From: Candidatus Baldrarchaeum yapensis
Lineage (GTDB): Archaea; Asgardarchaeota; Baldrarchaeia; Baldrarchaeales; Baldrarchaeaceae
DNA length: 22,633 nt
Assembly (NCBI GenBank): GCA_016840465.1
Contig: JAEOSH010000036.1
Coordinates: forward strand, 1-22,633
Direction: 5' to 3'
Shown here: positions 16,141-22,633 of the stretch, piece by piece
Numbering within the stretch: position 1 is the stretch's first letter
How the letters are laid out: each line of letters begins with the position of its first letter
Made by a program: the position numbers and the translations under genes
Notes under the pieces: model-generated
Seen by the model: the letters and a program-made list of their open reading frames with translations, nothing else
The model's database searches: none
Told to the model about the DNA's origin: nothing

Positions 16141-16251
16141 TGGTGGGGCCGCCGGGATTTGAACCCGGGATCACCAGCGCCCCTCGCCGGGCACTCTAAT
16201 AGGATTTCTGCCCCCAGGCTGGCATCCTAGGCCAAGCTAGACTACGGCCCC
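16141..16251 (-). tRNA. tRNA-Pro(GGG) with a 32-nt intron (best BHB fit 34/35, 16183-16214); CCA encoded
   Basis: Minus strand GGGGCCG...CCAGC-CT-GGGG-[32 nt]-C-GCTGG-TGATC-CCGGG-TTCAAAT-CCCGG-CGGCCCC-A-CCA. Confidence 0.93.
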
Positions 16252-16755
16252 GCACTCACATAGACTTACGTAGGTATACTCACTTTATCAGTAATTAAAA
16301 TATTAGGGTACCGCTCTTAATGTTTTCTCCAAGGGTAGTATTATCTGAGAGACCGATTCAAAGAAAATTTGCCAAGTGTCCCACTAACCACGATATCGCA
16401 AATCAGTAGCCCCAGATATCCCCAGACGATGGATATGCCAGCTTGAAATATATGATTTGTCCGAAACGGAAAATTACCAATTGAAGTTTTGCGGAGACAA
16501 TCACATATATCATGCAAAACGCGAGAGATAGTACCCTTAAATAAGGCTCTCGCTCTCAGACTGCTGACCGAGAAAAGTAGAATTGTTCTTCAAACATGAT
16601 TGCTAGACTCGACAGGGCGTAGCAACTACCGTGGGCTTCCAGGGAGGACTACGAGGATTACCTGAACGTGGCAACAATGCGACTTTAAGCATGGGCTAGG
16701 CTTTAAATGTGGTCAAAACAGAATAATAGATTGCCTTGATTTGGAAAAGTACGAT

Positions 16756-16833
16756 TGGCGGGCCCGGCGGGATTTGAACCCGCGACCCCCGGCTCCGAAG
16801 GCCGGTGCCCTATCCAGACTAGGCCACGGGCCC
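16756..16833 (-). tRNA. tRNA-Arg(TCG), intronless, CCA encoded
   Basis: Full cloverleaf; identical to tRNA-Arg(GCG) at 12594 except at position 34. Confidence 0.96.
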
Positions 16834-16859
16834 ATGCTTATGTGAGTTGATCATCCTGT

Positions 16860-18215
16860 TTAAGATTGGTAGGAACGTTTTTTGATTTTTGCTATGAAGA
16901 AGCCCTCGGTATCGTGAAGGTGTGGGAAGAGGCGTTGAGTTTCGGAGAGTCCTCTGAATCCGGGGATCCCGATGAACGGCTCAGCGGGTATCAATTCGAA
17001 GTCCGAGTGCAGTTTTAGAAACTTTTCTATAAGCATTTCGTTTTCTTCCAGCATTATTGAGCATGTGGAGTATACTACTATGCCTCCCGGTTTTACTATT
17101 TTTGCGGCGGTTTTCAGTAGCATCCACTGGAGGGGGATTATGGTTTTCAGGGTTTTCTTAATTGGTCTCCACTTTATTTCCGGTTTTGACCAGAAGGCGC
17201 CAGTTGACGTACATGGTACATCGACCAAGACTCTATCTGCCTGGAGATCCTCCATAAAGGGCGGGTTTGTTGAGTCGATGCACATAGGGATTGCTATCTT
17301 TACATTCATCAGTTCAAACTTCTTGCACATTTCCCGTATTCTCTTTATGTTGAAGTCGGACGCTATTATTGTTCCGCGGTTGTTCATCAGTTGCGCAATG
17401 TGTGTGGTTTTCCCTCCAGGCGCTGCGCAGAGATCTACTACAAGTTCACCCGGTTTTGGGTCCAGCACATGGGAGACGAGAGCGGATGCTTTTGTTTGTA
17501 TGTAGATATACCCTTCTCTGAAAGCGTTTGTTCGCACGATTGGTTTTTTGCTTTCGATTACTTTTACCACTTCGGGAAGGTGCGGATCTTCGACGAAGTT
17601 CACGTGCTCCTTTTTCAGCATTTCGAGGATTTCTTCTCGTGGTGCTTTCAAGGTATTGAGTCTCACGTAAAGGGGTGGTTGCGTTATATTCTTTTTAAGC
17701 ATCTTGATTGCGGAGTGTCTTCCGAGAAGTTTTATTAAGTACTTGACATACCAAGATGGGTGTCCGTACTTCACGGAGAGTCTTGCGATGTCGTCTAGGT
17801 TTCTGAAGATTTCCTTTTCATCCATTTTCTCTATCTTTCGAAGGAGGGCGTTGACAAAACCCGCAACCTTTTTTCCAAATTTCCTCTTTGTTATGTCCAC
17901 GATTTGGTTTGTAGTTATTGCGGGGTTTTTGCCCGCAAATTTTATCTCATAAACTGCCACTCTGAGGAGGTTCTTCAGATAGTTGTTTATGTCATTGATT
18001 GACATGCCGACTAGTGCGAGGACTAGGTATCGGTCGATGGCGTTTTTTCGTCTCAGTGTTTCGAAGAGTAGTGCGTGCGCCCCCTTGAGCTCATTGATGT
18101 CCTGTACTTCGAAAGTTTCGGAGACAATTTTCATGGCTGTGCGGGCTGATTTTGATTTTAACTCTATTAGCGTTAATGCCTCTGCAGCCAACTCTTCGCG
18201 CGTTACGCGTTCCAC
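16860..18215 (-). CDS. rsmB: RsmB/Fmu (NOL1/NOP2/Sun) RNA m5C methyltransferase with N-terminal NusB-like domain
   Basis: 451 aa. LLRVAVYEI and FVNALLR (NusB-like), DLCAAPGGKT, DVPCTSTG, VYSTCS (both catalytic Cys present). Confidence 0.88.
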   Translation of the reverse strand: MERVTREELAAEALTLIELKSKSARTAMKIVSETFEVQDINELKGAHALLFETLRRKNAIDRYLVLALVGMSINDINNYLKNLLRVAVYEIKFAGKNPAITTNQIVDITKRKFGKKVAGFVNALLRKIEKMDEKEIFRNLDDIARLSVKYGHPSWYVKYLIKLLGRHSAIKMLKKNITQPPLYVRLNTLKAPREEILEMLKKEHVNFVEDPHLPEVVKVIESKKPIVRTNAFREGYIYIQTKASALVSHVLDPKPGELVVDLCAAPGGKTTHIAQLMNNRGTIIASDFNIKRIREMCKKFELMNVKIAIPMCIDSTNPPFMEDLQADRVLVDVPCTSTGAFWSKPEIKWRPIKKTLKTIIPLQWMLLKTAAKIVKPGGIVVYSTCSIMLEENEMLIEKFLKLHSDFELIPAEPFIGIPGFRGLSETQRLFPHLHDTEGFFIAKIKKRSYQS

Positions 18216-18303
18216 ATCGAATCCCCTTTCCGACGCATGGTTTATATCGGTATTACCTTAGTTTTAAGACACTATTCTTCCGATGTTTAAAGGGGGTTTG
18301 GTG

Positions 18304-19128
18304 ATGGCAATGGTAACAATGGACGAGGTAATAAAAAAGCTTGATGAACTCGCACCGCGGGATCTTGCCCTGGAGGGAGATGTTATTGGACTTCAGGTAT
18401 CGTCACGCGCGTTTGGTAGGCTTTCTAATGTCAGGGTGAGAGGAGTGGGTGTAATTGTTTATCCGACTTATTTAGCGGTGAGCAAATGTTTAGAGAAGGG
18501 GGCTAATCTTATAATTTCACATCATCCGTTACCTCTGCATTTAGTTGCGCGGTATGGTGTCCAGCCGTTTGCCTATAGGACTTTGGCGTTGCTGCTGTCG
18601 AATAAGGCATATCTTTTCGTCCTTCACTCGAACTGGCTTTCTGCGGAGAGTGGCATTAGTGAGTCCCTGTCGGAGGTGCTGAATTTCGAAGTAATCGGCA
18701 CATTAAATGTGAGATGTGGGACGAGGAACATTCCCATTGGGAGGATTTGCCGATTTGAGCGTTCTTGCAATTTGAGATTTCTTGCTCAGTACATTTCGCA
18801 CAGGTTGGGGGATGTTGACATATATTACACGGGTATGCAGGACGAGGATGTGGGGAAAATTGGGGTGGTTGGAGGATGTATACCAGGTCACGAGTTTCTG
18901 ATAAAGGCATATAATAGTGGTGTTGACACCATAGTAACAGGCGAGTACCGTTATGAGGATGCTGTCTTGGCAAGTGAATTAGGATTGAAGTTAATTGCTG
19001 TCGGACGTTATGAATCTGAGCGACCTGGGATGGTAAGATTGTCCCAGATTCTCCAGTTAGAATTTCCGTCGATAAAGGTATTTTTTGTTGATGAGAGAGT
19101 GCCGAGATTTCACGTTAGGGTTTCATAG
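18304..19128 (+). CDS. NIF3/YbgI (DUF34) family protein with a partly degenerate metal site
   Basis: Likely start ATG 18304 or 18310 (track start 18283). D..GLQ, NLIISHHP, LHSN, IVTGE, YESE. Overlaps the convergent raSEA gene by 19 nt. Confidence 0.85.
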   Translation: MAMVTMDEVIKKLDELAPRDLALEGDVIGLQVSSRAFGRLSNVRVRGVGVIVYPTYLAVSKCLEKGANLIISHHPLPLHLVARYGVQPFAYRTLALLLSNKAYLFVLHSNWLSAESGISESLSEVLNFEVIGTLNVRCGTRNIPIGRICRFERSCNLRFLAQYISHRLGDVDIYYTGMQDEDVGKIGVVGGCIPGHEFLIKAYNSGVDTIVTGEYRYEDAVLASELGLKLIAVGRYESERPGMVRLSQILQLEFPSIKVFFVDERVPRFHVRVS

Positions 19129-20201
19129 GCGTTTACTGTTTGCGAAAAGGAGTAGCTTTCTGCGTGTAGGAAGGCTTTCCATGCATTGATGCATCTACAG
19201 AATTTGATATTTTCCAAGACCTCCGGATTCTGGGATAAGGAGAACTTCCTTAATATGGATACCACGTATCTGTCGCATGATCCGCAGTTATGAGGTCCCC
19301 TAGTCTTTCCGGCGGCGACGGGGTCACATAATATTTTTGTCTTTTCGAGGTCGACAATGGCGCTTACTTTTTGCAGGACGAGAATTGCGGACCAAAGCCA
19401 GGGGGGCCTGTATTCGCCCCTTTTCCATAGATATTCGAGCAACGTCCCTCTATGGATAGTTGACAAATTGTAGGATATGGTGTCCGCGCCCGCGCTTATA
19501 GCATCTCTTGTTGATCTAATAGCGTCCTTTATGGCCTCCATTTCTGTCAAAAACGGAGGTTTGAGGAATATGTAGACCTTCAATCTGCAATAATTTTCCT
19601 TTATTATTTTTGCCGCGCTTAGGAAAGTCTTCCACGAGAAGCCTTTATTGAAGCACGTCATTCTAATGTCGTCATTGCTGCTTTCTAGTCCTATTGCGAC
19701 TTCTAGGATCTTGTCTCCTAGTATTTTCGTACACTCGGTGAGCACATCTGATGTCACAAATTCGGGTCGGGTTTCCACGACGACTTCTCTTACATTGTCG
19801 ATTTTACTTGCTATCTCGAGTATTTTGTGCCTAACTGGTGGTGGTATCTCCTCTTCATCAAAAAAGCTACCTGATGTGAATATTTTCAATATAACTGGGC
19901 GATTTGTTCTTTCTATCTCTCGCACCGCGTATGAAAACTGTCTTAACAGGAGATCTTCGGGTACCGGTTTGAGTGCAGCATCATAAATGTACCCGCAGAC
20001 AGTACAACCCCCAAATTCGGAGAGAGCCCATGCACATCCACGTGTCTTTAGGGTTATAACGATGGCTTTGCAGATTTCACCATCAAATTTCTCGTCGTAT
20101 GATTTCATATAAATTGGACGTTTGAGGGTCGAGGACTTCACAGATACCTTTTGGAGGTATTTTTTGCGGATTTTAAGCACTTTATTATAAATTTCGGGCA
20201 C
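19110..20201 (-). CDS. Archaeosine biosynthesis radical SAM enzyme RaSEA
   Basis: TRGCAWALSEFGGCTVCGY, KIFTSGSFFD, VETRPE, IGLES, YRPPWLWS, GPHNCGSCD. The likely start is GTG at 20201, overlapping the arcS TAG (TAGTG); the 28 extra N-terminal residues in the track ORF are probably untranslated. Confidence 0.88.
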   Translation of the reverse strand: MPEIYNKVLKIRKKYLQKVSVKSSTLKRPIYMKSYDEKFDGEICKAIVITLKTRGCAWALSEFGGCTVCGYIYDAALKPVPEDLLLRQFSYAVREIERTNRPVILKIFTSGSFFDEEEIPPPVRHKILEIASKIDNVREVVVETRPEFVTSDVLTECTKILGDKILEVAIGLESSNDDIRMTCFNKGFSWKTFLSAAKIIKENYCRLKVYIFLKPPFLTEMEAIKDAIRSTRDAISAGADTISYNLSTIHRGTLLEYLWKRGEYRPPWLWSAILVLQKVSAIVDLEKTKILCDPVAAGKTRGPHNCGSCDRYVVSILRKFSLSQNPEVLENIKFCRCINAWKAFLHAESYSFSQTVNAYETLT

Positions 20202-22189
20202 TACTGGCGGCTTTTGATGTTGGGCTTCATGAGCCGTAATTTTACCGCAACCCCCTTGGACGCTTCTTCCATTTCCTGACCACACATATTTGCTTGACCA
20301 ATACCTATGACCGTCTTGTCAAGGATAATGGCAACCTCATCATGAGGTCGAATTTCATTACATGCACGGATCACCGTATCGGCGGTAATGTCTTCCGTTC
20401 TCGGAATGTCCTTTACGAACACACAATATTTGTTCTTTAAAAGTAGGACCTCTGCACCATGAAGCGATAATTTGTAAAGGCCTGTAGCATATTCCAAGAA
20501 AGCAACAAATTTCCCTTCAGTTAACACTCTTACTCCTCTGTTTCCCTCTTCTCTGAATACAGAGGTTTCGTTGATAAGATCTATTGCAACATCTGCTCCG
20601 AACTGGTACTCCGCAATTTTCCTGTAATCCTGGACAAGTCTGTCCTTAGCATCTCCCCCTTTCAATTCGTGCCCCTCCAACATTTCTCTCACCGTCGTTT
20701 CCAGTCTCTTCAATGCGGAAGGAGATGTGACGCTTTCGCTGTTTTTAACTGTAAATATTGCTTCTAGTCCGAGTTGCGATATCGCCTCCTCCACTATTTC
20801 CTTATAGGCATTTTCCACGTGAGCTATTATTCCGATTTTTCCTCCAATCTTCTGGAAGTAATTCACAAGTGCGGATATCGCTATCTCCATTTCTTCTCGA
20901 TCCCAATGTCCCGTAACTGGCACATCATAATGTGCGGCAGGGAACGTCATCTCCAGCTCTCGCGGCACTATTCCCAGCGGCGAAGTTATGATTACTTCGT
21001 GTATTAGGTGGAACTTGGGGCCTGCGCCACACTTTATTGCCTCACGGAACATTTTATGTGTGCGGGATTTTGAGTAGGGTTTACGTGCTGAACACGGAAG
21101 TAGAATTACGAGTGCCACATTAGATGGAGGCATGTATCTTTCTTTTACTCTTTCCCGAAATCTAACTACCTCTGGTCGATAGTAGGATAGCGCGCTTGTA
21201 CATATGACCCTCCTGCTGGTCACAACTGGTGTATACTTTTCTAGGAATTCCTGATGGGATAGGAGCAAGTGGCGCATTGCTGCAGTCGTTACGGGTAGCG
21301 AGTATACGTGGTTTTCTAAGAGTTCCCATATTGTCTTACGCTTTATGGCATCACGCGTTTCATTTATGATTTTGAGTAGCATGATGAGGTTATGTGCTGA
21401 TAGGATCTCAAATCTGGCGTCAGGAGGGAGATTTTTCAGTTCGGACACCGAGTCGTATTTTGAGCAAATTGGGCATGTGCATGATAGTACTGTCATGTTT
21501 TGAAGGGGGAGTTCACCTCTTTCGTGCAAATACACATCATATGCTGCCGCAATTAAAGGGTACGCGCAGTCAAGTATGTCCACACCCATATATACGAGGA
21601 GAGGGGCGTGCGTTGGTAGCGATATCACCGATGCATGTATAGCGATATCAGCGGGTATAGTTTTTCTCGCATTTACGAGTATTTCGACAAGTCTCCGCTG
21701 GTTATTAGCAACACTCTCCATCCCCGATATTGTTGCGATGTCTATGTTAGCTTCCTTTAAGACCTCTCTGATGATCTGATTTTTGGAGGTTCTGAAGAAA
21801 TCTGCAGGCAGGCAACATGCAATTAGCACTTTCTTGTTAAGACTTGATTTTAATTCACAAATGCGTTCGATGTAACGCTTTAATTCCTCCTTCAACCCAG
21901 TACCGGATTTCTCTTCTAATATGAATGGCGTTCGAAGACGGAAGGGTGGTGGGAAAATAATAACGTTCGAATTTATAAGTTCGGATTTTTCTTCAGGTGG
22001 AGGCCATGTGGAGGAGGAGAGAAGATGTTTTTGAAACTTTCTGAGCGTCTTTCTCAACGTCTCATTTTTGTAAACTCTGGAGGCAAGATTGTTCTCTAAA
22101 TTTATCATAAGTGCAGGCGTTTCGGTATCATTTTCAAGTACTCCTATCTTTGCCGGGCCGCAGTGTTGTTTTATGAAAATTCCGGTCAA
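20201..22189 (-). CDS. arcS: Archaeosine synthase alpha subunit ArcS (TGT-like, DUF5591 and PUA domains)
   Basis: 662 aa. LLPCSARKPYS, ITSPLGIVPRELE..FPAAHYDVPVTGHW, YQFG, and a C-terminal PUA-like IRPHDEV...GVAVKLR. Confidence 0.9.
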   Translation of the reverse strand: MTGIFIKQHCGPAKIGVLENDTETPALMINLENNLASRVYKNETLRKTLRKFQKHLLSSSTWPPPEEKSELINSNVIIFPPPFRLRTPFILEEKSGTGLKEELKRYIERICELKSSLNKKVLIACCLPADFFRTSKNQIIREVLKEANIDIATISGMESVANNQRRLVEILVNARKTIPADIAIHASVISLPTHAPLLVYMGVDILDCAYPLIAAAYDVYLHERGELPLQNMTVLSCTCPICSKYDSVSELKNLPPDARFEILSAHNLIMLLKIINETRDAIKRKTIWELLENHVYSLPVTTAAMRHLLLSHQEFLEKYTPVVTSRRVICTSALSYYRPEVVRFRERVKERYMPPSNVALVILLPCSARKPYSKSRTHKMFREAIKCGAGPKFHLIHEVIITSPLGIVPRELEMTFPAAHYDVPVTGHWDREEMEIAISALVNYFQKIGGKIGIIAHVENAYKEIVEEAISQLGLEAIFTVKNSESVTSPSALKRLETTVREMLEGHELKGGDAKDRLVQDYRKIAEYQFGADVAIDLINETSVFREEGNRGVRVLTEGKFVAFLEYATGLYKLSLHGAEVLLLKNKYCVFVKDIPRTEDITADTVIRACNEIRPHDEVAIILDKTVIGIGQANMCGQEMEEASKGVAVKLRLMKPNIKSRQ

Positions 22190-22192
22190 TAA

Positions 22193-22616
22193 TTATTCCC
22201 CCAGCGAGGATTTCACCTCTCTGACTATCCGAATCACCCCGTCATCTATTTCCTTCTCTTCAGGCGCGAGGTAGACATCCGGTCCTTTAAACGGTTTGGC
22301 GAGTAGACCATTTATGTAAGCTTCTATACATAATGGTAGCGCTAGGGGATTATAGCCACCCTCTAAGACTGCGATCAATTTTCCTCCGCAGTATCTTAAA
22401 GCCGCATTACGTAGTGCTTTTGCGATCTCGAAGTAGGTTTCTGATGTGAGGTTCATATTGCCGACCGGATCTGCGAAGTGCCCGTCGAATCCGGCAGATA
22501 TCAGTATGACATCCGGATTCGCAGCGTCCAGAACCCGAGAGAATATTTCATTAAAAGCATATAGATATGATTTTTCGCCGATATGCATCGGAAGAGGGAG
22601 ATTTATTATTGTTCTC
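22193..22616 (-). CDS. C-terminal part of a histone deacetylase/AcuC-family Zn amidohydrolase (truncated at the contig end)
   Basis: INLPLP, LISAGFDGHFADP, VLEGGYN. The MCIRD(R) start in the ORF track is adapter-derived. Confidence 0.9.
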
Positions 22617-22633
22617 CTGTCTCTTATACACAT
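22617..22633 (+). other. Nextera/Tn5 mosaic-end adapter remnant (technical artefact)
   Basis: The final 17 nt, CTGTCTCTTATACACAT, match the start of the Nextera read-through adapter CTGTCTCTTATACACATCT. Confidence 0.95.

Noticed and set aside
100-22274. Many short ORFs in the track that are antisense to or overlap the long genes (e.g. 146-493, 829-1239, 2509-3054, 7283-8044, 9517-10041, 14884-15420, 16972-17505)
   Set aside because: They are shadow ORFs of well-supported genes and show no motifs.
1-22633. CRISPR array or tandem-repeat array
   Set aside because: No regularly spaced repeats were seen in any intergenic region.

Overview
Archaeal DNA, judged from archaeal-type tRNAs with bulge-helix-bulge (BHB) introns, arcS/RaSEA, FBP aldolase/phosphatase and GAGGTG-type RBSs; the lineage cannot be fixed from this window. 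The main feature is a ~9 kb accessory island between two tRNA-Arg genes (1692-12593). It encodes a complete corrinoid-dependent demethylation system: a corrinoid protein, two URO-D-family methyltransferases around an MFS transporter, a canonical MtrH-like methyltransferase, a RACE/RamA-type reductive activase, and a second MtrH-like protein that has lost its pterin-binding residues. The island is littered with IS relics and pseudogenes. The right half is housekeeping-like: a ligand-less M24 peptidase homologue, fbp, tRNA-Pro and tRNA-Arg, rsmB, a NIF3 homologue, raSEA-arcS and a partial HDAC. There are four tRNA genes (two with introns) and one degenerate tRNA-Arg-like relic. The last 17 nt are Nextera adapter, not genome. 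No CRISPR array was seen. All product calls come from motif recognition by eye, with no database searches.
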